This document shows, piece after piece, positions 15,693 to 24,058 of a stretch of 32,000 nt of DNA; the first letter of the stretch is position 1, and every line of letters begins with the position of its first letter. The notes below the pieces were generated by a model. The model saw only the letters and a list, made by a program, of their open reading frames with translations, made no database searches and was not told the DNA's origin. The DNA is taken from NCBI GenBank assembly GCA_020632335.1, contig JACKFV010000001.1, positions 480,001-512,000 of the forward strand. The letters run 5' to 3'. The position numbers and the translations under genes were made by a program. This DNA comes from Candidatus Saccharimonadota bacterium. GTDB taxonomy: Bacteria > Patescibacteriota > Gracilibacteria > UBA4473.

Positions 15693-16492
15693 TATCTTAC
15701 ATCAACAATGAAAAATATATCGGCACGTCTGTCGAGATAGAGCTTATTAAAAAATTTCTAAAAAGCAAGAGAAAATGTGAAATTAATAATTCACTTCTAA
15801 ACTATTTGGAAACATTAGAGTATTCGGTAAAAAATGATTTTACAAATTTGGTTTTATCATTTACAGACTATTTTTTTCAAGAATGGAATTTAAAATTTAC
15901 TCCAATACCATTTGAAAGATATATGGTAAACACCCCAATAAATATAGGAGGTTTTTATGGGAGTCCTGTTGGAGGATATAAGTCTTTTGAGCAATATGGT
16001 TTTTCAACAGTATTAGATGTGAATAAAATACCAAATAGGAAATTGATTATATATGAACTATGTAGAAATTATCTCCACGATTGTATTCATTTCAATACAT
16101 TCAAAAGCTACAAAATCAACAAGTCACAAAAAACTGTCTATAGGTATCAATATGGGATAAACTTTAGAAACCAAAATGGAATTTCTTACTCATCTGTCGC
16201 ATGTACGAAGAAATCACCGTATTCAATTAATTTAAATGTACTTATGGATGGAGTGACTCATATTATCGTAAATGAATTTGTATCTAAGACTTTAATAAAT
16301 GAATTAAAGCATTCGCCCCTGAATGAATTAGAGAGGTCGGTGAAGGACGAAATTATGGGGTTAAGCCTTTATGTTGATTTTCATATTTTTCTATTTTTAA
16401 AATTTTATACAATACAATATTATTTGGAATTGCGCTATAAAAGAACATCATATATATATATATATCATATTTTCTTTATCGTCAAGCATTGA
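15686..16492 (+). CDS. Hypothetical protein overlapping the Nudix gene by 7 nt; C-terminal ~45 aa look like read-through into AT-rich non-coding DNA
   Basis: GTG start at 15686 overlaps the Nudix stop. No family recognised; contains YLHDCIHF. The tail ...FHIFLFLKFYTIQYYLELRYKRTSYIYIYHIFFIVKH spans an (AT)8 tract and ends exactly at the GC jump. Confidence 0.45.
   Translation: MVVSYINNEKYIGTSVEIELIKKFLKSKRKCEINNSLLNYLETLEYSVKNDFTNLVLSFTDYFFQEWNLKFTPIPFERYMVNTPINIGGFYGSPVGGYKSFEQYGFSTVLDVNKIPNRKLIIYELCRNYLHDCIHFNTFKSYKINKSQKTVYRYQYGINFRNQNGISYSSVACTKKSPYSINLNVLMDGVTHIIVNEFVSKTLINELKHSPLNELERSVKDEIMGLSLYVDFHIFLFLKFYTIQYYLELRYKRTSYIYIYHIFFIVKH
16450..16465. repeat. (AT)8 dinucleotide microsatellite at the right edge of the low-GC island
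   Basis: atatatatatatatat read directly from the sequence. Confidence 0.9.
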
Positions 16493-16546
16493 CCAACTCG
16501 GTCTGGCCCCTAGGCTGGGGGTGTCGGTTTTCTTCTGTTTTTTTCG

Positions 16547-17431
16547 ATGATACGGACAGCAATAGTACCGGTGGCGGGGATGGGAACGCGGCTCTTGCCG
16601 GCCACGAAAGCGGTACCGAAGGAGCTGCTGCATGTCTTTGATATGCCGGTGCTGGAGCGGATAGTGGAGGAGCTGGTGACCGCGGGGATAGAAAAAATCA
16701 TCTTTGTCACGCACCCGGGGCGTAAGGGGGCCATTGAGGCGCACTTCACCCCCGATCCCTTCCTCGAGCAGCAGCTGGCGGCAAAGGGAAAGCAGCAGCT
16801 GCTGGAGAAAGTACAGCGGACGCATACTATGGCGGAGTATCACTTTGCGGTGCAGGAGGAACCGCTGGGGAGTGGGCATGCGGTGCTACAGGCGCTGCCA
16901 TTCCTCGACAACAATGATGAAGCGGTGGTGGTGTGCTTTGGGGATGATCTGGTAGATACCGGCAGCGCGCCCAATGCGGTGGAGCAGCTATTACGCATCT
17001 ATGAGGACTATGGCTGCCCATCCTACTATGTGATGTCGGTGCCGAGGGAAGACGTGAGCGCCTATGGGGTTATTGACCCCGGGCCAGGCTATACGGAGGG
17101 CGACGCGGTAGTGCCTGTGTGCGGATTCAGCGAGAAGCCCACCCCTGCCGCGGCGCCGTCGAATCTCATTAGCATTGGCAAGTACGTGGTGACGCGCCCG
17201 GTGCTGGACTTACTAGAGAGTCAAGAGCAGGGTGCCGGCAATGAGATTAACTTCCCCGAGGCTATAGAGCGTCACCGTCAGGCTGGTAACCCGGTGATGG
17301 CCGCCGTGATGGACGGTCAGCGGTTTGACACCGGTACGCACCTGGGGCTGCTGCACGCGGTAGTGCACTATGCGCATCAGCAGCACCCCGATGCGGTGGC
17401 GGCGATAGTCCGGCCCTACGGAGAGGCCTAG
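16547..17431 (+). CDS. galU: UTP--glucose-1-phosphate uridylyltransferase
   Basis: N-terminal AIVPVAGMGTRLLPATKAVPKELLHV signature, 294 aa. Its stop overlaps the RNase J stop by 4 nt (convergent). Confidence 0.9.
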   Translation: MIRTAIVPVAGMGTRLLPATKAVPKELLHVFDMPVLERIVEELVTAGIEKIIFVTHPGRKGAIEAHFTPDPFLEQQLAAKGKQQLLEKVQRTHTMAEYHFAVQEEPLGSGHAVLQALPFLDNNDEAVVVCFGDDLVDTGSAPNAVEQLLRIYEDYGCPSYYVMSVPREDVSAYGVIDPGPGYTEGDAVVPVCGFSEKPTPAAAPSNLISIGKYVVTRPVLDLLESQEQGAGNEINFPEAIERHRQAGNPVMAAVMDGQRFDTGTHLGLLHAVVHYAHQQHPDAVAAIVRPYGEA

Positions 17432-19299
17432 CCCACCACCATTACCTCGATGACGGGCTCTTTATCGCGCCGGTCTATGTGCTCAGCGATGACCTGCTCT
17501 ACCCGTTTGGCGATGATATGCTCCAGTGTAGTGTGGCTGCGCTTCGTGTCATAGTTCCGTTCAAAGGCCTGCTGCGCCGCCTCGTGGATCTTTTTAAAGA
17601 CCTCGTGCTGTGGGTCACCGGGGAGGAACCCCACCGACCGGTGTGAGACTCGACTGACCTTCTCGCCCTTATGCTGTAACGTGAGGATAAGCAGCCCTTC
17701 GCTGGCGACCTTCACACGCTTTTGCAGTTCTGGCACGGGTACCGGGCGGCCAAACTCGTAGTGGACGCGCTCGGTTTTTATCTCCTCTTTAGGGGTCATG
17801 AGCCGGCACCCGGTATGGTTGAGGATGAGCCCGCGGCCGTTATCCATCACAAAGGTTTGCTCCTCGGGGTAGTTGAGGTCACTGATGACGAGGTCGCGGT
17901 GGTACATGCGGTGGTGGAGGTCCCCATGCACGGGCGCAAAGTAATAGGGGTTCAGCAGGTTGGTCATGAGCTTGAGGTCCTCCTGATACCCATGCCCTGT
18001 GGCGTGCGTGTGGCCGTTATTCGTGTTGATGATGCGGCACTCATGGCGCGCTAGGTTGTTCTTCAGCGTGCTGATCTGATTCTCATTCCCGGGTATCTCC
18101 GAGGCTGAGAAGATGACGGTATCGCCCTTTTGCAGGTGCAGGCTATTGTGCTCGCCACGCGCCGCACGAGTGAGCGCCGCGTAGTACTCGCCCTGGCCAC
18201 CGGTACAGAGGATGAGAGTCTTCTTCGCGGGGCCGAATTTCACCTTGCCCCGCAGCTGCCGCAGCGTGTTATCCTTACACTTGAAGTAGTTGAGCCGACG
18301 CGCTATCTGTGTGTTTTTGATGAGGGATCTGCCCGTGACCCACACCGTGCGCCCCAGGTCTTCTGCCATTTCTATTATCCGGCTGACTCGCCCTACTGAG
18401 CTCCCGAAGATGGTGAGGATCACCCGGCCGTCGGCTTCTTCCATTATCTCGCGTAGTTCGTCCAGCACCTTATACTCACTGGGGGCAAAGCCAGGCACCA
18501 GCACGTTGGTGCTCTCTACCATAGCTACGGCTACTCCCGCAGCGCCAATGCCGGCTATGCGGCCCATGTTGGCGGGGTTACCGTCAGCGGGGTGGTAGTC
18601 GAACTTGAAGTCCCCACTGTACACAATGGCGCCGTAAGGGGTGTGGATGACTATCCCCATGGCGTCTGGTATGGTGTGGTTGACGTGAAAAAACTCCACC
18701 GTGAACTTGCCCAGCGTGAGCTTGGTCATGGGGTTACAGTCGGTGAATTTGGGCTTGAGCGCGTCTACCAGCCCCGGGACTTCATCACAGGTGGAGAGCA
18801 AAATCTCCTTAGTCAGTGGGCTAGCGAAGCAGCGCGGGTACCCCAGCTGGGGCAAGATGTACTTGGCCCCGGCTACGTGGTCATAGTGGCCATGGGTGTA
18901 CAGCACCCCCCGGATGTTCTTCTGGCGCTCTACGAGGTAGCTCACATCGGGCACAATGCCGTCGATGCCCGGGGCGTCATCCCCCGCAAAGAGCACCCCG
19001 GTGTCGATGAGGAGGATATCAGACCCCCACTCCACCATGGTCATGTTCTGGCCTATCTCCCCCACGCCCCCCAGCGGCACAATACGGATGTCGCCGTGCT
19101 TGCCTCCGGGGAGTTTCTTAATGGGGTGGGCCGCAAATTTCTTCTCATGCGTGATGCGCCCGCGGTTGGGGTCGTGCTTAAATGAAGGGCCGGTATGACG
19201 TTTAGAGCTGCTTTTCGAGCTCTCAGAGCGGCGTTTTCGTTCGCCACGTTTTTGTTCGGTGCGCAGTTGTTCCCGCGCGGATTGGTTCTCAGATTCCAT
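17428..19299 (-). CDS. rnj: Ribonuclease J (metallo-beta-lactamase / beta-CASP) with a ~65-aa basic N-terminal extension
   Basis: IRIVPLGGVGEIGQNMTMVEW...LLIDTG...YTHGHYDHVAG motif and beta-CASP region, 623 aa. The N-terminus MESENQSAREQLRTEQKRGERKRRSESSKSSSKRH... is K/R-rich and precedes the conserved start. Confidence 0.9.
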   Translation of the reverse strand: MESENQSAREQLRTEQKRGERKRRSESSKSSSKRHTGPSFKHDPNRGRITHEKKFAAHPIKKLPGGKHGDIRIVPLGGVGEIGQNMTMVEWGSDILLIDTGVLFAGDDAPGIDGIVPDVSYLVERQKNIRGVLYTHGHYDHVAGAKYILPQLGYPRCFASPLTKEILLSTCDEVPGLVDALKPKFTDCNPMTKLTLGKFTVEFFHVNHTIPDAMGIVIHTPYGAIVYSGDFKFDYHPADGNPANMGRIAGIGAAGVAVAMVESTNVLVPGFAPSEYKVLDELREIMEEADGRVILTIFGSSVGRVSRIIEMAEDLGRTVWVTGRSLIKNTQIARRLNYFKCKDNTLRQLRGKVKFGPAKKTLILCTGGQGEYYAALTRAARGEHNSLHLQKGDTVIFSASEIPGNENQISTLKNNLARHECRIINTNNGHTHATGHGYQEDLKLMTNLLNPYYFAPVHGDLHHRMYHRDLVISDLNYPEEQTFVMDNGRGLILNHTGCRLMTPKEEIKTERVHYEFGRPVPVPELQKRVKVASEGLLILTLQHKGEKVSRVSHRSVGFLPGDPQHEVFKKIHEAAQQAFERNYDTKRSHTTLEHIIAKRVEQVIAEHIDRRDKEPVIEVMVVG

Positions 19300-19534
19300 C
19301 TGATGACACTAAATATATAAAGGAACTACTCTCTCGCCCTCCGCTGGAGGACGTTACTCTACCCGAGAAAGATCACGTGGGGGGCAGCAGAGCGGTGCTC
19401 TTGCCCGGGAGTCCCTCAGTGGCGTACAGCGCCTATGGCGGCTGTCTCACCTACAGGGTTGAGGGAGAATACTTCTCGGTCACTCTATACGAGAATGGAC
19501 GAGTCGTCAACTTTTTGTGAAAGTTACGAAAGTA

Positions 19535-19564
19535 TTGACACCAGCAGGAGAGTGATGGTACGCT
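19535..19564 (+). promoter_or_regulatory. Sigma70-type promoter (TTGACA-N18-TACGCT) placing the TSS at or near the ATG of the FN3 gene (leaderless candidate)
   Basis: TTGACA 19535-19540 and TACGCT 19559-19564. The ATG at 19571 lies 7 nt after the -10 element. Confidence 0.4.
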
Positions 19565-19570
19565 ATAGCG

Positions 19571-20866
19571 ATGAATAGATTTTTCATGCAATACTCCGCT
19601 TTCGCTTCTCGGTTTTTCTTCCTCCTGGTGCTGGGGCTAGCGACGCTTGGGTTCTGGCAGTTTGCCCACGGGCAGGCGCTCAGTACTCCTCCTAGCGTCA
19701 TAGACGACGTTACCATCAGCGCTGAGAATGGTGCGGTGACGCTCCAGTGGCAAGAAGCCACTGACCCTGACGGCATCGTCATTGGGTATATGATCTACTA
19801 CGGGCCCGAGAGCGTGACCGCCGAGAACGGCAATACATATGAGAATGAGGTGCTTATACCCGCGCAGAGCAGCTATACCATAGAGGGACTGACCAACGGC
19901 ATGCCCTATTACTTTGCCATTACCCCGGTAGACGACGAGGGCAACGAGGCCGAGACCTACTCGCCGGAGGTGAGCGCTGTGCCGGGCAAGATAAACCCGC
20001 TCGAGCTCCAGACGGCCGAGCAGCAAGACGCCATGACGGTAGTGCTGGCCTTCAGCACCCCTCTGGCGGAGACGACTGACCTCAGCGCCGTCACCATTAC
20101 CGATGAAAGCACCGGCGAGGCCATCACCCTGGAGAGCGTGATGAGTGAGGGCAGCACCCTCACCGTGACCGTGAGCGAGGGCTCATTGGAGCCTAACCGC
20201 CGCTACCGCGTGACGGTACAGGGGCTCAGTGGCGCAGCCGGCCAGCAGATAGTCCAGGGAGTGAAGGACAGCCTGCAATTCCGTGGGAAGAGCTTTTCCC
20301 CTACTACACCTGCGGACACGAGTACTCCCACCACTCCCACCCCAGAGGACACCGCCCCCACCATAGAAGACGCTGTGGGTACGGGCTCCACCATGCTGCC
20401 AGACGACCGCGACTACACCGTGCCAGAGCCAGTGACTCCGGAAGAAACGCCTGCCACTACTCCTGTAGCGCCACTCCCACTGCAGGATGTCCAGAACCTC
20501 AGCGCTGACACCACCAGTTACAGCACCACCGGGGAGGTAACCCTCCATTGGAGCCCCGCGCTGGACGCTAGCGGTGCGGTAACGGGCTATAGTGTGAGCT
20601 GGCAAGCTGAGGGGCAGGGCTACAACGCCCCCACCATGCTGGAGGCTGACGTGAATTCTCTCGTGCTGAAGGGCCTGAAGAATGGAACCTTCTACGATGT
20701 GAAGATCGTGACGCTGGGCAGTAACGGGCAGCAGTCCTCGGGAGCGTACGGCTCCTTCACTACCCACGCTCCGCTGAGCAACACCGGTGGCAGCCTGGTG
20801 GCCGCCTATGCACTGGCGCTCAGTACCCTGGGGGCGGCATACTGGTACCGCCGTCGGCAGTACTAG
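19571..20866 (+). CDS. Surface protein with two fibronectin type III domains, an Ig-like middle domain and the sorting signal LSNTG + TM + RRRQY
   Basis: Signal/TM segment FFFLLVLGLATLGFWQFAHGQA. FN3 patterns (VTLQWQEATDPDGIVIGYMIYYG...YYFAITPVDDEGNE; VTLHWSPALDASGAVTGYSVSW...FYDVKIVTLGSNG). C-terminus PLSNTGG-SLVAAYALALSTLGAAYWY-RRRQY (LSNTG = 20774-20788). Confidence 0.85.
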   Translation: MNRFFMQYSAFASRFFFLLVLGLATLGFWQFAHGQALSTPPSVIDDVTISAENGAVTLQWQEATDPDGIVIGYMIYYGPESVTAENGNTYENEVLIPAQSSYTIEGLTNGMPYYFAITPVDDEGNEAETYSPEVSAVPGKINPLELQTAEQQDAMTVVLAFSTPLAETTDLSAVTITDESTGEAITLESVMSEGSTLTVTVSEGSLEPNRRYRVTVQGLSGAAGQQIVQGVKDSLQFRGKSFSPTTPADTSTPTTPTPEDTAPTIEDAVGTGSTMLPDDRDYTVPEPVTPEETPATTPVAPLPLQDVQNLSADTTSYSTTGEVTLHWSPALDASGAVTGYSVSWQAEGQGYNAPTMLEADVNSLVLKGLKNGTFYDVKIVTLGSNGQQSSGAYGSFTTHAPLSNTGGSLVAAYALALSTLGAAYWYRRRQY

Positions 20867-21161
20867 CCGGCACGGGAGTAGGCATCGGACGCGGTAGGAG
20901 TTCCTCCAGCAGGGGGAGTTCTGCACGTCGCATGATGAGCCCGGTGTCGTCATAGAGGTAGACGTGGTGCTCGGTGATCCGCTCAATGGCCGACGCCGCG
21001 ATGATCCTCCGCCAGAGGGGGAAAACCCACAGCCAATACCGCCGCACATGCAGCCGCGTGACCGTACCGTCGGGGGTGGTATCCACCTGCTGCACTTGCC
21101 CGAGGGGCCTCTGGCGAAGGAGTACGGTCTTATGGAGGACGGCGGCAGCGTTACAGAGCAT
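20820..21161 (-). CDS. Hypothetical protein downstream of pth
   Basis: 113-aa ORF. Its ATG is 7 nt after the pth stop. About 80% G/C at third codon positions, like host genes. The 3' end overlaps the FN3 gene by 47 nt. No family recognised. Confidence 0.45.
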   Translation of the reverse strand: MLCNAAAVLHKTVLLRQRPLGQVQQVDTTPDGTVTRLHVRRYWLWVFPLWRRIIAASAIERITEHHVYLYDDTGLIMRRAELPLLEELLPRPMPTPVPASTADGGTSMPPPGY

Positions 21162-21167
21162 GAGAGA

Positions 21168-21713
21168 CTAGTAGGGAGCAGCACTACACACCCACTGCTC
21201 CAGGCGCGCTGTGGCCTGCTGGAGGAGCGCCGGGAGCGCCGTTTCTTCTGCGGGGCTGAAGCGCTGGAGCACAAAATCGGCCCCCGTCATCTCCGCTGGC
21301 CGTTCCGCCCCGATGCCGATCTTCAGCCGCGCAAAGTCCTCCCCCAGGTGCTGGTGGAGTGACCGCATCCCATTATGGCTCCCCGGGCCGCCTTTCTGTC
21401 GGAACTTCAGCTGCCCAAAGGGGAGATCCAGGTCATCATACACCGCGATGATATCGCGCTCTGAGAGCTTATAGAAGTGCCGCAGCAGCGCTGCCGTCTG
21501 CCCGCTGGCGTTCATATAGGTGGTGGGCTCTGCCAGGAGGCACTTCTCCCCCGCTATGGTGATGGCCGTCAGCCGCGCACGCCACTGCTTTTCCTCCCGC
21601 CAGGGGGGGGCGTCATGCGCCTGGGCTAGCGCCTCTAGCACCCGGAACCCTACATTATGCCGGGTATACGCGTACTGCGGTGGGTGATTCCCCAGGCCAA
21701 GGAGCAGCTTCAT
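21168..21713 (-). CDS. pth: Peptidyl-tRNA hydrolase
   Basis: MKLLLGLGNHPPQYAYTRHNVGFRVLEALA... and GPGSHNGMRS motifs, 181 aa. Confidence 0.92.
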   Translation of the reverse strand: MKLLLGLGNHPPQYAYTRHNVGFRVLEALAQAHDAPPWREEKQWRARLTAITIAGEKCLLAEPTTYMNASGQTAALLRHFYKLSERDIIAVYDDLDLPFGQLKFRQKGGPGSHNGMRSLHQHLGEDFARLKIGIGAERPAEMTGADFVLQRFSPAEETALPALLQQATARLEQWVCSAAPY

Positions 21714-21722
21714 ACCCGCAGT

Positions 21723-22334
21723 CTAGCGCTTCTCAGGCCACTGTAAATGCTTTTGCCCGGGGTGGAGCCGCAACTCCGCCGTGCCGAGGAAGATCCCCGC
21801 CGGCAGAGGGCGAGTCCCCAAGCGGGTTATCTTGGCATGTGTGAGGAGTCTACTGAGCGGCTCCAGAGCGCGCCACCACCATGCTGCTGGGCGAGTCGGT
21901 GGCCGCTTACCCCCCACTGGCGCGGGGTAGCCATACTGCCGGAGTAGCCCCCGGTGGTGGTACTGCACATACTGTAGCAGGCTCTCTGGCCCCGTCAGTA
22001 CCTGCATGTGGTGCAGCAGCATGGCCATATACGCGCTCTCCTCCCCCAGGGTATAGGGAGAGGCGAGGAAGTGGTTGGGGCAGAGCCTCCCCGCGTGGTC
22101 CGCCGTGGTGGCCAGCGCGCCCGCCATGCGCAGCCACAGCACCACCCCCAGCCGCACGGTGTAGAGGCTCCCCGGCTGGCAGAGGATAAAGAGGTCTGCG
22201 TCTGCTGCCTGCGTCGCCTCCCCGCGCGCGAGTGACCCGCTCAGCCACACCCCCTCTATGGGCAGGTAGCGGCTGAGTTTCTCGGCCCAGTGCTGCGCGC
22301 TATGCCACAGTGTGGGGTGCTCCATAGGCTCCAT
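21723..22334 (-). CDS. Nucleotidyltransferase-domain protein (pol-beta superfamily)
   Basis: GVWLSGSLARGEATQAADADLFIL matches the GS-x9-13-DxD minimal nucleotidyltransferase signature. The ~130-aa helical C-terminal part is unassigned. Confidence 0.7.
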   Translation of the reverse strand: MEPMEHPTLWHSAQHWAEKLSRYLPIEGVWLSGSLARGEATQAADADLFILCQPGSLYTVRLGVVLWLRMAGALATTADHAGRLCPNHFLASPYTLGEESAYMAMLLHHMQVLTGPESLLQYVQYHHRGLLRQYGYPAPVGGKRPPTRPAAWWWRALEPLSRLLTHAKITRLGTRPLPAGIFLGTAELRLHPGQKHLQWPEKR

Positions 22335-22398
22335 GGAGGTACTCTACTGCTTTACAGCCGCTCGGCAATGCCTACCCTGGGGGTATATCCCCCCTCCT

Positions 22399-23151
22399 AT
22401 GCCCAGCGTATTCCTTAGCTATCCACTGCTCTTCCTTATCGTGCTGGTGCTGCTGGCGTCTATTAAGGTGATCAACGAGTACGAGCGCGGGATTCTCTTT
22501 ACCCTCGGGCGGTTCAGCCGGGTGATGACCCCGGGGTGGCGGCTGGTGGTGCCGGTGTTCCAGAGTTACCAGAAGGTGGACATCCGCACCAAGGCCGTGG
22601 ACGTCCCGCATCAGGAGGCCATCACGAAGGATAACATCCCCGTGAGCATCAACGCGGTGATCTACTATAACATCCAAGACGCGGAGAAAGCGGTGCTCGC
22701 GGTGGAGGATTTCTTCTGGGCCATGAGCCAAATGGCGCAGACCACCATGCGGAACGCCGTGGGCGCCACCACGCTGGATGAGCTCCTGCAGAACCGGGAT
22801 AAAGTCAGCCAGGGCATCCGAGAAATCATCGACGCTGAGAGCGACAGCTGGGGGATAAAGGTCAGCAGTGTGGAGCTGAAAGACGTGATCCTCCCCCAGG
22901 AGCTCAAGCGCACCATCAGTAAAGAAGCCGAAGCCGAACGCGAGAAACGCGCGGTCATCATCAAGGCCGAGGGAGACCGCATCGCGGCGGATAACCTGGC
23001 AGAAGCGGCCCGCGTACTGGGGTCTTCTCCCGGAGCGATGCACCTGCGCACGCTACAGACAGTCAATGACCTGAGCTCTGACCAGTCCAATACCACCATC
23101 TGGCTGCTGCCCATAGAGGTGCTGGAGGCGCTGAAGGGACTACAGAAGTAG
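22399..23151 (+). CDS. SPFH/band-7 (stomatin/prohibitin-like) membrane protein
   Basis: ATG 22399 gives an N-terminal TM (LSYPLLFLIVLVLLASI), then VINEYERGILFTLGRF...ITKDNIPVSINAVIYY...EAEAEREKRAVIIKAEGD. The longer track start would overlap the divergent gene. Confidence 0.88.
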   Translation: MPSVFLSYPLLFLIVLVLLASIKVINEYERGILFTLGRFSRVMTPGWRLVVPVFQSYQKVDIRTKAVDVPHQEAITKDNIPVSINAVIYYNIQDAEKAVLAVEDFFWAMSQMAQTTMRNAVGATTLDELLQNRDKVSQGIREIIDAESDSWGIKVSSVELKDVILPQELKRTISKEAEAEREKRAVIIKAEGDRIAADNLAEAARVLGSSPGAMHLRTLQTVNDLSSDQSNTTIWLLPIEVLEALKGLQK

Positions 23152-23156
23152 GAGGG

Positions 23157-24038
23157 TTATCGCTGGTACCCTTCCAGCGCGGCGATGCGGTCAGCGATGT
23201 CAGGATGGGTGCTGAAGAGCCGGCTGAACATGTTGGGGCGGTCGCTGATCTTCAGCGTAGCAAAGCTGGGCTGCCGGGTGTCTACCATGCGCTGGAGGTC
23301 TTTCAGGCGTTTGAGCGCAGACAGCATCTTGTCTCGGCCGAGGAACAGCGCGCTCCCGGCGTCAGCGGCGTATTCTCGGCGTCGGCTATACCACCGCACG
23401 ATGAGACTGGCGATGAGCCCCAGGCAGAGCTCGGCCACCATGCTGATGCCGTAGAAGGCTCCGCTATTGGCGTTTTCCCTCCCGGCGGTGAGGAGGTAGG
23501 CTATCACTCGCGCGATGAAGATTACGAAGGTATTGACCACCCCTTGCAGCAGGGTCATGGTGACCATATCACCGTTGAGGATGTGCGCCATTTCGTGCCC
23601 CAGTACGCCCTCTATTTCGTCGGGAGACATGGTATCCAGCAGCCCCTGGCTGACTGCTACCAGCGCTTTATTCCGGTTGTACCCGGTGGCAAAAGCGTTC
23701 ACCTCGGCACTGGGGTAGATGCCCACCTCGGGCATGGTGATGCCTTCCTTCCGCGCGATGTGCTGTACGGTGGAGTACACCAGCAGCTCGGCGGAGGACT
23801 GTGGCTGGCTGATGAGCTGGATCTTAAACGTGCGCTTGGCCATGGTTTTGCTCAGCAGCAGCGAGATAATACTGCCGGCAAAGCCCATGACCGCGGCGTA
23901 GAGCAGCAGTGACCCCAGGCTCAGTCCGGAGCTTTGCAGGTAGGGCGTGATGCCGAAGAGGCTCGCCAGGAGGCTCAGCAGTGCGAGCACGCCCAAGTTC
24001 ACCATGAGGAAGAGAGTAATGCGTTTGATGTAGGTCAT
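23157..24038 (-). CDS. htpX: Zinc metalloprotease HtpX (M48 family)
   Basis: HEMAHILNGD active-site motif, four hydrophobic segments, C-terminal HPDIADRIAAL. 293 aa. Confidence 0.92.
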   Translation of the reverse strand: MTYIKRITLFLMVNLGVLALLSLLASLFGITPYLQSSGLSLGSLLLYAAVMGFAGSIISLLLSKTMAKRTFKIQLISQPQSSAELLVYSTVQHIARKEGITMPEVGIYPSAEVNAFATGYNRNKALVAVSQGLLDTMSPDEIEGVLGHEMAHILNGDMVTMTLLQGVVNTFVIFIARVIAYLLTAGRENANSGAFYGISMVAELCLGLIASLIVRWYSRRREYAADAGSALFLGRDKMLSALKRLKDLQRMVDTRQPSFATLKISDRPNMFSRLFSTHPDIADRIAALEGYQR

Positions 24039-24058
24039 GTACCGGGTAAGTGACGGCC

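Larger units (their letters stand above)
14100..16492. other. Low-GC genomic island (probable horizontal acquisition), boundaries approximate
   Basis: GC falls from about 60-65% to about 45-50% (14203-14964) and then about 30% (14965-16490). It returns abruptly to high GC at about 16490. No recombinase, tRNA or clear flanking repeats. Confidence 0.55.

Noticed and set aside
16507-16546. Terminator after the island ORF (CCCC-TAGGCT-GGGG followed by a T-rich tract).
   Set aside because: The stem is only 4 bp and the T-tract is separated from it. The T-rich run may simply be the galU upstream region.
20183-21274. 363-aa minus-strand ORF spanning the FN3 gene 3' half and pth.
   Set aside because: It is antisense to a well-supported FN3 protein and out of frame with pth, with an Arg/Ser/Gly/Pro-rich nonsense composition.
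21723-22334. Fused MNT-HEPN toxin-antitoxin-like protein (RLCPNH in the C-terminal half fits R-x4-H).
   Set aside because: A single loose motif match in a helical domain is not enough. There is no partner gene, and many nucleotidyltransferases have unrelated helical C-terminal domains.
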